Positions 11,260-25,400 of a stretch of DNA of 64,000 bases are shown piece after piece (the stretch's first letter is position 1; every line of letters starts with the position of its first letter). The DNA is taken from the NCBI RefSeq assembly GCF_044704955.1, contig NC_091999.1, forward strand, positions 64,666,001-64,730,000. Reading direction: 5' to 3'. The notes below the pieces were generated by a model, which worked only from the letters and a program-made list of their open reading frames with translations, had not been told where the DNA came from and searched no databases. This DNA is from Pristiophorus japonicus (lineage: Eukaryota). The translations under genes and the position numbers were made by a program.

Positions 11260-13210
11260 AAGGCGGGATGAGGCAAAAATCAAAGCTTATCTCAGATATC
11301 GAGAGCGGATATTGCAGAGAACCTGGAGCAATATAGGAAGTGCAGAGGTGAAATTACAAAGGAAATTAGGAAAGCAAACAGAGGGCGTGAAAAATAAAGG
11401 AACACCATGGAAAACGCAAAGATCTGTTACCAATACAAAAAGAGTAAGAGTGTAACTAATGGAAGAGTATGTACCAAAGCCTGTGTGTGCAGGTGGAAGA
11501 TGTGAATATGAATCTTAATGAATACAATGCGTCTGTGTTCACAAAAGAGATGGACTATGCAGGCATTGTAGTTAAGGAGGAAATATTAGATGAAATAAAC
11601 ATTGTGAGAAAGGAAGTATTAAGAAGCTTATCATCTTTGAAAGTAGATAAATCACCAGGCCTGGATGACATATAATAAAAGCAGAACACGCTGGATGAAA
11701 TGTATCTCACGCTATTAAGAGAGACCATGGAGGAAATAACCTTAGGCTCTGATCATCACTTTCCAATGCGCTCTGACCTCAGGCCTGGTGCCAGAGGACT
11801 AAAGGACTACTAATGTTGTACCACTGTTTAAAAGGGGAGAAAGGGATAGTCTGATCAATGACAGGCCAGCCAGCCTAGCCTTTGATGGCGGGAAAAAGAC
11901 TTGAAAATGTGTCAGGATTAGTTACTTCGCGATTTAGAAAGTCATTGATGAATGAAGGACCGTAAGCTTGGATTTGTTGAGGGAAAGTCGTATCTGACTA
12001 ACGTGACTGAATGTTTTGAGAAGGTAATAAGGAAGATCGTTGAGAGTTGGTTCATCTGATGAGGTGTATATAGATTTTCGTGAGGCTTTTGACAAGTTCC
12101 CATGTGGAAGAGTGCTAAGAAAAGTAAAACCCCATGTGTTCCAAGGCAGAGTGGCAAATTTGATCCAAAATTGGTTCAGTGTCAGGAAGCAAAGGGTAAT
12201 ATGGGACAGGTCTTTTTGTTTACAGTGGTGTTCTGCCGGGATAAGTCCCTTGCTATTTGTGGTATATATATCAATGATTTGCAATTCAATGCAAGGGCAT
12301 GATTAAGAATTTTGCAAACAAAATAAAAAATTCCCGCGTGGTGAATAGTGAAGAATAAAGTTGTAGACTGCAGCCAGGTACCAATGGACTGGTCAGGTTG
12401 ATAATGCAGTGGAAACTAGAATTAAATCCGGAAAAGTGTGAGGCAACTCATGTGGGGGGAGGGGGTGGGTCAAGGTAAGGGAATACACAATAAATGCTAG
12501 GAGATTGAGAAGACTAGAGGAACACAGAGACCTTGGAGGGCATGTCCACAAATCCCATAAGGTAGCAGGACAGGTAGATAAGTTGGTTAAGAAGGCATAT
12601 GGAATACTTGTCTTTTTCAGCGAAGGCATAGAATACAATAGCAGGGAGTTTATGCTTGAACTGTACAAAACACTGGTTAGGCCACAGCTAGAGTACTGCT
12701 TGCAGTTTTAGTCACCACATTACAGCAAATATGTGTGTGCACTAGAGAGGGTACAGACGAGAGTTACGAGGATGTAGCCAGGACCAGCTAATTTTAGCTA
12801 CGAGGAAATATTGAATACGGTTTTCTTTGGTGCAGAGGAGGCTAATAATTATTTGGGGTGTATTAATTCTGAAGGGCATATGTAGAGTGGGTAGGATGGA
12901 TCTATTTCGCTTCGCAGGGGTCAATAAACAGCGAGCATAGATTTAAACTAATTGCTAGAAGGAGTGGAGGGAAGTTGAGGAGAACTTTTTTTCACGCAGA
13001 GTGTGGTGGGAGTCATGAATGCACTGCTCCACAGGTTGGTAGTGGCTGAAATCCTGATCACATTTAAAAAATACTTGGATAATCACTTGGAATGCCGTAA
13101 CATACAAGGCTCTGGACCAAATGGGATTAGGGTTGATAGCTCTTTTCCAGCTGGCACAGACACCATGGAGCGAATGGCCTCATCATTTGTCTTAATTTTT
13201 TATGATTCTA
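11260..13210 (+). mobile_element. CR1 LINE fragment
   Basis: LKVDKSPGLD, YIDFREAFDK, LYKTLVRPQLEYC; TATGATTCTA tail. Confidence 0.85.
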
Positions 13211-14549
13211 ACATGCACTACATCCTGAAAAGCACCAAACCACATTTTCAATTAAAAGGCACATGTGTAAATTTCCCTTGAGAGCAGAGACTGTTCTCTC
13301 TGAACCCTGCATGGTAGCCGAGTCTACCAGCATAAACAGGGTCTACATGTTGGAATTACTCGACACATTCTGGTCTTTGTATGAGAGTCAAAGGGTGCGA
13401 TTCCCGCTGCTGTCCCGCGTATGTACTCCTGCAGCGCAAACCATGAAATTGCGCCCCCTCTCCTGTTTCTCGGACCATTAATGTCCATGGGCGGTAAATC
13501 ACTGGTTGGAAATGTTTTGAAACGCGTTCCAGGAGTCGATAATCTCAGCAATAATCTGCCCAGACGTCGCCATCCTAATTGTTTGTAACCGATATATGCT
13601 GGAACGTGCGTTCAGTAATTTGATCCACACCAGAATAAGGATCATGTAACCAAAGCTGTGTCATCTGGTGGAGATTGTTAGTCATAACATTGGCCATCTT
13701 ACCTGGCAACCTGCAAGTGTTAATGGACCAGGGTAGAGTTCACAACATGACAGCTATTTCCGATCTGATCCTTACTGATAATAACTCAGTCCGATTTCTG
13801 ATTTCTGCTTCCATGAGCAACCACTTCACCAGACATCACCACCTGGAGATCAGTGTTCATGCTAGTGGTAAAACCGCATTTGCAGCTTTTCCCTGTACAC
13901 TGTTTTTTAACGCAGATATTGATTAGTTTATATTAATCTGGTGAACATCCCAGTTAGTAAACGGAAAAAAAGGAATGTCACAGGGATCCGTTTCCTCCCC
14001 TCCTGTCTTTGGTTGAGTCTCAAATGTTAACCATCGGTTGTGAATGCGGGAGCCGCAACATTGGGGATCGGGAGTGCCCCGTGCTACATATAGTCCGAGG
14101 CAGTCATATAGCTTTCAGAAAGTAACACTGAGAGCTGAGTCAGTGAGTACAATTAAAGGACAGGTAGCAGTGGGCCAGGTGTTGTGCCTCTGACTGACTG
14201 TGACACTGCTAGCTGCACCTTGCTCAAAGTCCCGTGGCAGACGGACATTGTGTGAACTCCATTACCCCCAGCATTGCACTGGCATGCTCGCTTCCACTGC
14301 AAACTCGAATCATTTCACAGCCCTGCACATTTGATGGTAGAACTGCAAAGCGAAACTTTCAGGACTTTAAATTAATCACGCAAAATGTAAATATCATCTG
14401 TATTGATGATTGTAGTACCGAATGTCTCATAAAACATGTCTCTGATGAGCAGAAATACATTGGGATCTTGCTGTGTACGATTCGTTTGCCGTGTTTCCAA
14501 CATTACAACAGTGACTAGATTCCTAATTAAGTTAATTTACTGTAAGCTG

Positions 14550-15913
14550 TTTTGGAACGTCCTCAGAGCGTCAAAGGCGCTATATAAAGGCAAGTGTTTC
14601 TCTCTTCAAGTCAGCATGGAATTATGAAAGGGAAATCATGCTTGACGAATCTTCTGGAATTTTTGAGGATGTAACTAGCAGAGTGGACAAGGGAGAACCA
14701 GTGGATGTGGTGTATTTGGACTTCCAGAAAGCTTTTGACAAGGTCCCGCACAAGAGTTGTTGTGCAAAATCAAAGCACATGGTATTGGAGGTAATATCCT
14801 GACGTGGATAGGGAACTGGTTGGCAGACATGAAGCAGAGAGTAGGGATAAACGGGTCCTTTTCAGAATGGCAGGCAGTGACTAGTGGAGTGCCACAGGGC
14901 TCAGTGCTGGGAGCCCAGCTCTTTACAATATACATTAACGATTTGGATGAAGGAATAGAGAGTAATATCTCCACGTTTGCAGATGACACTAAACTGGGTG
15001 GCGGTGTGGGTTTTGAGGAGGACGCTAAGAGTCTGCACGGTGACTTGGACAGGTTAGGTGAGTAGGCAAATGCATGGCAGATGCAGTATAATGTGGATAA
15101 ATGTGAGGTGATCCATTTTGGGAGCAAAAACACGAAGGCAGAATATTATGTGAATGGCGGCAGACGAGAAAAAGCGGACGTGCAACGAAACCTGGGTGTC
15201 ATGGTTCATCAGTCACTGAAAGTGGACACGCAGGTACAGCAGGCGGTAAAGAAGGTAAATGGTATGTTGGCCTTCATAGCTAGGGGATTTGAATATAGAA
15301 GCAGGGAGGTTTACTGCAATTGTACAGGGCCTTAGTGAGGCCTCACCTTGAATATTTTGTTCAGTTTTGATCTCCTCGTCTGAGGAAGGACGTTCTTGCT
15401 ATTGAGGGAGTGCAACAAAGGTTCACCAGACTGATTCCCGGGATGACAGGACTGACCGATGAGGAGAGACTGGATCAACTGAGCCTTTATTCACTGGAGT
15501 TTAGAAGGATGAGAGAGGATCTCATAGAAACTTATAACATTCTGATGGGACTGGACAGGTTAGATGCGGGAAGAATGTTCCCGATGCTGGGGAATTCCAG
15601 AACCAGTGGACATAGTCTTAGGATAAGGGGTAGGCCATTTAGGACTGCGATGAGGAGAAACTCCTTCACTCAGCGTTGTTAACCTGTGGAATTCCCTGCC
15701 GCAGAGAGTGGTTGAAGCCAGTTCATTGGATATATTCAAGAGGGAGTTAGATATGGCCCTTAAAGCTAAAGGGATCAAGGGGTATGGAGAGAAAGTAGGA
15801 AAGGGGTACTGAGGTGAATGATCAGCCATGATCTTATTGAATGGTGGTGCAGGCTCGAAGGGCCGAATGGCCTAGTCCTGCACCTATTTTTCTATGTTTC
15901 TATGTTTCTATGT
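14550..15913 (+). mobile_element. CR1 LINE 3' fragment
   Basis: [19 protein letters not shown]; (TTTCTATG)n tail. Confidence 0.92.
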
Positions 15914-16149
15914 TTATCTTTCCTTTTTCAATTCAGCGCAGACTTCCAACAAATGTATTGCTCCTGAAGCCTGTGTTCTCGACACTGTCTTGAGCAGCAT
16001 CAGGCTTGAACCAGCTTCCTGACTTTGAAACTCGATTACATTCAATTTCCCAGATGGCTCACATGCTCTTTTCTCCGCGCATTGTTTTCTTATTGTCTCA
16101 TTGTTCTGATCTTTGCAAATAATCAAGCAGGGGTTTCATTTATACTAAC

Positions 16150-16757
16150 TAATAGTGGGTGATTTTTACTACCCTAATATTAACCGGGGGGAAATGGTAC
16201 CGAGGGAGATGAATTGTTAAAATGCATTCAGGAGAACTTCTTTAGCCAGTGCGTAACAAGCTCAACATGGGAAGGGGAACTTTCTGGCCTTGGTTTGGGG
16301 GAAGGCAGAGTGCCGGTTGGAAGCGGATTCAGTGGGAGAGCATTTTGCTGCTAGTGATCATAATTCAGTAAGATTTAAGGTATTTATGGAAAAGGACAAA
16401 GATGAACTGGAAAGCAAGTTCTCAATTGATTTAAAGCCAATATTGCTCAGCTGAGATGCGATTTGGTCAAAATGGAACGGAAATGGCTACTTTATGGTGA
16501 ATCAGTGTCGGAGCAGTGGAAGACCTTCGAGGCGAAGTTCCTCAGGGTACAGAGTAAGTTTGTTCCATGAAATAAAAAAGGTTCGGCTAACAAATCTAGA
16601 AACTCCTGGATTTCAAGAGACCTACAAGGCACCAAACAGTAGTAGTGAGGTTGGGGACAGCATCAAACAAGAAATTAGGGATGCGTACAACAAAGGTACA
16701 GCAGTTATCATGAGTGACTTTAATCTACATATAGATTGGGCGAACCAAACTGGTAGC
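16150..16757 (+). mobile_element. CR1 endonuclease-region fragments, interrupted by the Gypsy LTR
   Basis: YKAPNSSSEVG...VIMSDFNLHIDW ends exactly at the LTR TGT. Confidence 0.7.
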
Positions 16758-19700
16758 TGTTTTAAATTTGTACAGCATGCACTCCCATGTTCCACCACCA
16801 GGGAGCGCATCCCCTGAAGTCCCAAGGGATCCCAGCATCCCTTGGGAGCACTATATATAAGCCAGCACCCAAAGGCCTGTTACTCACTCTGGAGTGTGTT
16901 AATAAAGACTGAGGTCACTGTTACTTTAACCTCTCTGTGTGCAGTCTCATCTGTGTTAGGAACACAACAACTGGCGACGAGTACACGAATCCAACGCAAA
17001 GATGCACCAAGCTGTGGGCATCCTGGAGAAGTTCTCGGAGGGTGAGGAGTGGGAAGCCTATGTCGAACGGTTAGACCAGTACTTTGTAGCCAACGAGGTG
17101 GACGGAGAAGGAAGCACTGCAAAAAGGAGAGCAGTCCTCCTCACAGTCTGCGGGGCACCGACCTCCAGCCTCATGAAGACTCTTCTGGCTCGGGTGAAGC
17201 CCACAGTAAGTCACATGAGGAGCTGTATACACTGGTTCGGGAGCATCTTAACCTGAGGGAGAGTGTGCTGATGGCGAGGTATCGGTTCTGTACGTACCAG
17301 CGATCTGAAGGTCAGGAAGTGGCGAGCTACGTCGCCAAGCTAAGGCGACTTGCAGGACAATGTGAGTTTGATGGCTACCTAGAGCAAATGCTCAGGGACT
17401 TTGTGTACTGGGCATTGGCAACGAGACAATCCTATGAAAACTTTTGACTGTAGAGACACCGATCCTCAGTAAGACCATTGCGATAGCACAGGCGTTTATG
17501 TCCACCAGTGATAACACAAAACAAATCTCTCAGCACACAAGTGCTAGCAATGTTCATAAATTAACTGGAATTGTGCTTGTGAGCAAAAATGTACAGGGCA
17601 GAAACCATGAGTCTGCAACTGCCAGCAGGCCTCCGGTGACCCAGATGACACAGCGTCCACAACAAAGGATGAATGCAAGGCAATTCACATCTTGTTGGCA
17701 TTGCGGAGGCTTCCATGCAGCCTATTCATGCCACTTCAAAGGGTATGTTTGCAACAGCTGTGGAACAATGGGGCACCTCCAACGAGCTTGCAGACGAGCT
17801 GCAGGCTCTGCAAAATCTGATAACCACCACGTAGCAGAGGAACATCGGTCCATGGTGTACAAAAGCAATTTAAAGTCTGAGAGAGAAGGCAGATGCTGAA
17901 GTACACGGGCTCCACACATTTTTGACGAAATGTCCACCTATAATCCTATATGTAAAATTGAATGGCTTACCCATAGCCATGGAACTGGACACTGGCGCTA
18001 GCCAATCCATCATGAGGAAAAATATGTTTGAGAGACTGTGGTGCAAAAAGGCACTCAGACCAGCCCTGAGTCCCATCCACACGAAACTGAGAACGGACAC
18101 CAAATAGCTTATCACTGTTCTGGGCAGTGCCATGGTCAAGGTCACCTACGACGGCATGGTGCATGAACTACCACTCTGGATTGTCCCGGGCGATTGCCCC
18201 AAACTGCTTGGAAGGAGCTGGCTGGGCAAAACCCGCTGGAACTGGAATGAAATCCGAGCGCTATCACATGTCGATGAGGCCTCATGTACCTAGTTTCTTT
18301 ACAAATTTCCTTCCCTTTTTGAGCCAGGGATTGGAAACTTTTCCGGGGTGAAGATGTAGATCCACTTGGTCCTAGAGTCACGACCCATTCACCACAAGGC
18401 GCGAGCGGTACCTCACATTATGAGCGGGAGAGTGAAAATCGAGCTGGACAGGCTGCAACGCGAGGGCATCATCTCCCCAGTGGAATTCAGCGATTGGCCA
18501 GCCCGATTGTTCCAGTACTCAAAAGTGATGGCACGGTCAGGATGTGCAGCGATTATAAAATAACTATTAATCGTTTCTCGCTACAGGACCAATACCCGCT
18601 ACCTAAGGCAGACAACCTATTTGCGAAGCTGGCAGGAGGCAAGATGTTCACCAAGCTCGACCTGACTTTGGCCTACATGGAGCTGGAGGAGTCTTTGATG
18701 GGCCTCACCTGCATCAACACGCACAGGGGACTGTTCATCTACAACAGATGCCTGTTTAGAATTCGATCAGCTGCAGCGATCTTCCAGAGAAACATGGAGA
18801 GCCTACTCAAGTCGGTGCCACGCACGGCGGTTTTTCAGGACGACATATTGGTCATGGGTCAGGACATCGTCGAGCAACTACAGAACCTGGAGGAGGTCCT
18901 CCAGCGACTGGATCGCAGAGGGCTGCGGCTGAAGAGGTCGAAATGCGTCTTCATGGAACAGAAGTGGAGCTTTGGGGAGAAAGATCGCGGCGGACGGCAA
19001 TCGGCCCACAGACGCCAAGACAGAGGCTATCAGGAACGCGCCCAGGCCACTGAACGTCACGAAGCTGCGGTCATTCCTGGGACTCCTCAACTATTTTGGT
19101 AACTTTCTACTGGTGTTAAGCACGCTCTTAGAGCCCCTACATGTGTTATTGCGTAATGGTGAGAACTCGATATGGGGAAAAAAACAAGTGATTGCTTTTG
19201 AGAAAGCCAGAAACATTTTATGCTCCAACAAGCTGCTTGTATTGTATAACCCCTGTAAAAGACTCGTCCTAGCATGTGATGCATCGTCGTATGGAGTCGG
19301 GTGTGTATTACAACAAGCTAACGTTGCGGGGAAGTTGCAACCTGTCGCCTATGCCAACAGGAGCTTGTCTAAGGCCAATAAAACCTACAGCATGATTGAG
19401 AAAGAGGCATTAGCGTGTGTGTTCGGAGTAAAGAAAATACTTCAATACTAGTTTGGCCTCAAATTTGAGCTGGAAACCGATCACAAGCCCCTCATATCCC
19501 TGGTCGCTGAAAACAAGGGGATAAATACTAATACCTAAGCCTGCATACAAAGATGTGCACTCAAACTATCAGCATATAACTATACCATCCGCTACAGGCC
19601 AGGCACTCTCAGCCGATGCTCTCAGTCGGCTACCATTGCCCACCACAGGCGTGGAAATGGCGCAGCCTGCAAACTTGTTGATGGTGGCGCAGCCTGCAGA

Positions 19701-20430
19701 TTTTTTGATGGTCATGGAAGCATTTTAAAATGATAAATCACCTGTCACGGCCCGCCAGATTAGGATTGGACCAGTCAAGATCCTCTGCAGTCCCGAGTAA
19801 AAAACTGTATACTGCATGGGAGCTGGGCCAGCATCCCCGTTGAAATGCAAGAGCTAATCAAGCCGTTCCAGCAGTGAAAGGATGAGCTGCCCATTCAGAC
19901 AGACTGCCTGTTGTGAGGTAACCGCGTAATGCTACCTAAAAAGGGCACGGATACGTTCATCTCTGATCTCCACAGCACACACTGAGGTATAGTCATGATG
20001 AAAGCGATAGCCAGATCCCATGTGTGGTGGCCCGGTATCGACTCCAACTTGGGATCCTGTGTACGGCAATACAGTGTGTGTGTTCAATTGAGCAACGCGC
20101 CCTCTCTGGGCCAAGACTACAAGTTTGTAGTCCTGGCCCTCCAGACCATGGTCAAGGATCCATGTCAACTATGTGCGCCTGTTTCTCGGTAAAATGTTCC
20201 TGGTGGTGGTGGATGCTGTTTAGAAATGGATTAACTGTGAAATAATGAAGGGAAGCACCGTCACCACCACCATTGAAAGCCTGAGGGCCATGTTTGCCAC
20301 CCACGGTCTGCCTGACATACTGGTCAGTGACAACGGGCCATGTTTCACTAGTGCCGAATTTAAAGAATTCATGACCTGCAATGGGATCAAACATTTCACC
20401 TCGGCCCCATTTAAACCAGCCTCCAATGTG
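16758..20430 (+). mobile_element. Gypsy/Ty3 LTR retrotransposon, degraded, 3'-truncated
   Basis: 5' LTR about 16758-16969 (TGT...ACA, TATATAA at 16854, AATAAA at 16901) and PBS TGGCGACGAG at 16972. Then gag with two CCHC-type knuckles, protease LDTGAS, RT (FQDDIL), RNase H (LACDASSYGVG, EKEALA) and integrase (LVSDNGPCF), with many stops/frameshifts. No 3' LTR. Confidence 0.93.
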
Positions 20431-21466
20431 CAGGGGAGGTATCCTTGAAGGAATGCTCGAAGATGCTGCCAGAGACATCTTACTTTATACAGTTTCAGAT
20501 TATAGCATTACTTAATTACGCAACTTACAATTAATACATGCTGATTGATTAATACAAGATTGATTGCTATTGCAATTCCTCCAATCTGGCTTCTGTATGC
20601 CTTAATTGGTAATTCCAAATAAATGTTTTTATGATTCTTTTTATTATATCTTATCATCTTATACAATTCAAATTCTATGTTATCTGTGTCCCTGCCCAGC
20701 TCCCAAGGCCTTTGGTCTATGAATTGGAACATCTGCTGGTCTGTCGAAGGCATCCCACACATACTTCCCACAGTCTGAAAAACAGCCTGTGAGTTACATT
20801 TCAAAAACCTGTTAACTCCATTTTAAAACATCGCTATTATTATTATTAACTGTAATTCCAATTGCAATCTGCCCTTTCAATCCCTGCTGATGGCCCTTGA
20901 TTAATTCTAAATAATCAGCTGACCATATATATGTTCTGAGCCACCTGCTGGAAATGGTGATATCAAATCCACATCCCTGCGATCGCCCGTAGTTCCGTCT
21001 TTTGCAGAGTCTTTACATACTGCCCTTGACCATTTCCCTGGGATATTGGCACGCCACTTATATTTCTTTTTCTACATGCAGTGCATAAGCTCGGGGGTCT
21101 TGGTTGTTACAATTCATTCGCCTCCCTATCATGCCTACAATGCTGTTTTCTGTTCGGCGAGAACCACGTGGTTGTATATCTCTCTGATCTTGCACAACAG
21201 ATGTAGTTGCATCACAATACATATCGCTAAATCTACCATTGTTGCAACAATTGAATGCCACATCAATTTGAGGACGGCGTAGGCTTTAGATGACTAGTCC
21301 TTAAAAATATCCCACCATGAAAAACAATTTCCCTTTCCCTGCCTTATCCTATCTTGATTCGTATGTCTCCCGCCTCGGTTTCGTTGATCAAACGATAGGA
21401 TTGGGACACTCACGACTCTGATAATATATTCATGCCGTCCGTTTGGTTGATTAACCATCTTTGGAT

Positions 21467-22330
21467 CTAGCAAAGGCTTTCTGCGTTTTGGTTACGGGCC
21501 TTGGCCAAACTCTTCTTTCTGCGTCTCTTGTATCTGCCTGCACAGTCTCCCAGGAGCATCAGCACCACTATCAGCTGCACGAGGACTAACACATGAGATA
21601 AAATTCTAATCCCTATCTTGTAACTTTGCTCGCGTAAGGCTCGCCTATCTTTGCACTTGTTACATAACATTACCAACCAACTCAAGGCTATTACTATCTG
21701 TACTGCCACTAGTTTATATGAAAGGATCCTTATCCAGGGATATATAATCTCAAGTACCAAGGTGGGTTTTTCAGGTGATCCTTTATTTCACTGTCCAGTT
21801 CTTTTGCTTTATCCTTCAGCTCTTAATCTCTTTTAATATTACTTCTTGAGCTCAGTTAAATCTTCAAGTAACAGGGGAATTGATTGTGCTTGCTCTTCCA
21901 TGTAAACATCAATATCTTGCTTAATCTCATCGCTAATATTTCATGTCATTGTCTTCCTGGCATGTTATGCGTGCTCTTCCCACTGCCACCGACAGTCTTG
22001 GAGCAACGTAACTTCCCAGGCTAGTTACTACACAATATTCTCCTCGCCCTTGATAATGTGTTTGTTCGGATCGGGCAGGGTTTATTCCAATGACACATCC
22101 TTCTGTAATATTGTCAAACCCGCAGCAATCTTTGCTCCCGTCTCCCACTGGATGAGAGCCTCGAGTTAGGCTTCTTTTTGTCCGGTACACAGATAAAGAT
22201 ATTCCCCTTATATTTCCATTCGTTTTGATCTCATACTTGTCCATCACCGATTCGCTCTTCCCTTCGTCTTATGTTTGTTTCCCCTCACATCCTCCTGTAA
22301 CCGCATACACCCTTGTCATTCCTTTCAAAA
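21467..22330 (-). mobile_element. Endogenous retrovirus-like envelope gene remnant
   Basis: Furin site RTKR (22184-22173), Cys-containing ectodomain pieces (GEYCVVTS), heptad-like DEIKQDIDVYMEE...KAKELDSEIKDHLKNPPW, then TM-like IRILSHVLVLVQLIVVLMLLG followed by RYKRRRKK. Confidence 0.55.
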
Positions 22331-22458
22331 AGGGCCACATTACAGCAAAAGTCGAAAGGGAAAAAGTGTGTTAAAAAGACAAGCCTGAAGGCTCTGTACC
22401 TCAATGCGAGGAATATTCGTAATAAGGCGAACGAATTAACTGCACAGGCAGCAATTAA

Positions 22459-25400
22459 CATAAGAACATAAGAACATAAGAATTAGGTACAGCAGTAGAC
22501 CATCTGGCCCCTGGAGCCTGCTCCGCCATTCAACAAGATCATGACTGATCTGGCCCTGGACTCAGCTCCACTTACCCACCCGCTCAACGTAACCCTTCAT
22601 TCCCTTATTGGTTAAAAATCGATCTGTGTGTGTGATTGGAATACATTCAATGAGCTCACCTCAACTGCTTCCTTGGGCAGAGAATTCCACAGATTCACAA
22701 CCCGATGGGAGAAGAAATTCCCTCTCAACTCGGTTTAAAATTGGCTCCCCCTTATTTTGAGGCTGTGCCCCCGAGTTCTAGTCTCCCCGATCAGTGGAAT
22801 CAACCTTTCTGCCTCTAACTTGTACAAACCTTTCATTATCTTAAATGTTTCTAAAGATCACCCCTCATCCTTCTGAACTTTGAGTAAAGACCCAGTCGAC
22901 GCAATCTATCATCATAGGGTAACCTCCTCATCTCCGGAATGAACCTAGTGAATCGTCTCTGTATCCCCTCCAAAGCTAGTATACCCTTCCTTAAGTAAGA
23001 TGACCAAAACTGCACTCAGTACTCCAGGTGCGGCATCACCAATACTGTTGCAGTAGGACCTCCTTGCTTTTGTACTCCATCCCTCTCGCAATGAAGGTCA
23101 ACATTCCATTCGCCTTCCTGATTACCTGCTGCACCTGCAAACTAACTTTTTGGGATTCATGCACAAGGACCCCTAGGTCCCTCTGCACCGCAGCATGTTG
23201 CAATTTCTCCCCATTCAAATAATATTCCCTTTTAATGTTTTTGTTCCATGGTGCATGACCTCACACTTTCCGACATTGTATTCCATCTGCCAAAACTTAG
23301 CCCATTCACTTAACCTATCTAAATCTATTTGCAGCCTCTCTGTGCCCTCTACACCTCCCGCTTTCCCATTAATCTTTGTGTCATCTGCAAATTTTGTTGC
23401 ACTACACTCTGTCCACTCTTCCAGGTCATCTATGTATAGTGTAAACAGTTGTGGTCCCAGCACCTATACCTGTGGCACAACACTAATCACGGATTTCCGA
23501 GCCGAAAAGGCCCTATTTATCCCGACTCTCTGCTTACTGTTAGCCAGCCAATTCTCTATCCATGCTAATACATTTCCTCTGACTCTGCGTACCTTTATCT
23601 TCTTCAGTAACCTTTTGTGTGGCACCTTATCGAATGCCTTTTGGAAATCTAAATACACCACATCCATCGGTACACCTACATCCACCATGCTCGTTATATC
23701 CTCAAAGAATTTCAGTAAATTTGTGAAACATGATTTCCCCTCATGAATCCATGTTGCGTCTGCTTGATTGCTCTATTCCTATCTTGGTGTCCCGCTATTT
23801 CTTCCTTAATGATAGCTTGAAGCATTTTCCCCACTACAGATGTTAAACTAACTGGTCTATCGTTACCTGCCTTTTGTCTGCCCCCTTTTTTAAACAGAGG
23901 CGTTAAATTAGCTGTTTTCCAATCCGCTGGTACCTCCCCAGAGTTCAGAGAATTTTGGTAGATTACAACGAATGCATCTGCTGTAACTTCCACCATCTCT
24001 TTTATTACCCTGGGATGCATTTCATCAGGACCAGGGGACTTGTCTACCTTGAGTCCCATTAGGCTGGCCAGCACTACCCTTGGTGATAGTGATTGTCTCG
24101 AGGTCCTCCCTTCCCACATTCCTGTGATCAGCAATTTTTGGCATGGTTTCCGTGTCTTCCATTGTGAGGACCAAAGCAAAATAATTGTTTCAGGTCTCAG
24201 CCATTTCCACATTTCCCATTATTAAATCCCCATTCTCATCTTCTAAGGGAGCAACATTTACTTTAGTGACTCTTTTCCATTTTAAATAGCTATAAAAGCT
24301 TTTACTATCTGTTTTTATTGTTTGCGCAAGTTTACTTTCGTAATCTATCTTTCCTTTCTTTATTACTTTCTTAGTCATTCTTTGCTGTCGTTTAAAATTC
24401 TCCCAATCTTCTAGTTTCCCCATAACCTTGGCCACCTTATACGCATTGGTTTTTAATTTGATACTCTCTTTTATTTCCTTGGTTATCCACGGCTGGTTAT
24501 CCCTTTTCTTACCGCCCTTCTTTTTCACTGGAATATATTTTTGTTGAGCACTCTGAAAGAGCTCCGTAAATGTCCTCCACTGTTGCTAAATTGTGCCACC
24601 GTCCAGTCTGTGTTTCCAGTCTACATTAGCCTACTCTGCCCTCATCCCACTGTAGGCCCCTTTGTTTAAGCATAGTACGCCCGTTTGAGATACTACTTCC
24701 TCACCCTCAATCTGTATTACAAATTCAACCATACTGTGATCAATCACTCATTCCGAGAGTATCTTTTACTAGGAGATCGTTTATTATTCCTATCTCATTA
24801 CACAGGACCATATCTAAGAGCGCTTTCTCCCTTGTAGGTTCTGTAACATACTGTTCTAAGAAACAATCCCGTGTGCATTCTATGAATTCCTCCTCAAGGC
24901 TATCCCTGCGATTTGATTTGACCAATCGATATGTAGATTAATTACCCCATGATTACTGCCGTTCCTTTTTCAAATGCCTCAATTATTCCTTTGATTATTG
25001 CCCGCCCCACCGTGAAGTTATTAGTTGGGAGCCTATAAACTACGTCACCAGTGACTTTTTCCCCTTACTATCTCTAATCTCCACCCACAATCATTCAACA
25101 TTTTGTTCATTAGAGCCAATATCGTCTCTCACAAGTGCCCTGATATCTTCCTTTATTAACAGAGCTACCTCACCTCCTTTCCCTCTTGTCTATCTTTCCG
25201 AATTGTCAGATACCCCTGCATGTTTAATTCCCAGTCTTCGCCACCCTGCATCCACGTTCTGTGATGGCCACCAATTCGTACCCGTTTGCAATGATTTGTG
25301 CCGTCAACTCATTTACTTTGTTTCGAATGCTGCGTTCGTTTAGGTAGAGAGTCTGCATTCTAGTTTTTAAACCATGATTTTTAGTTTTGACACCTCCTGC

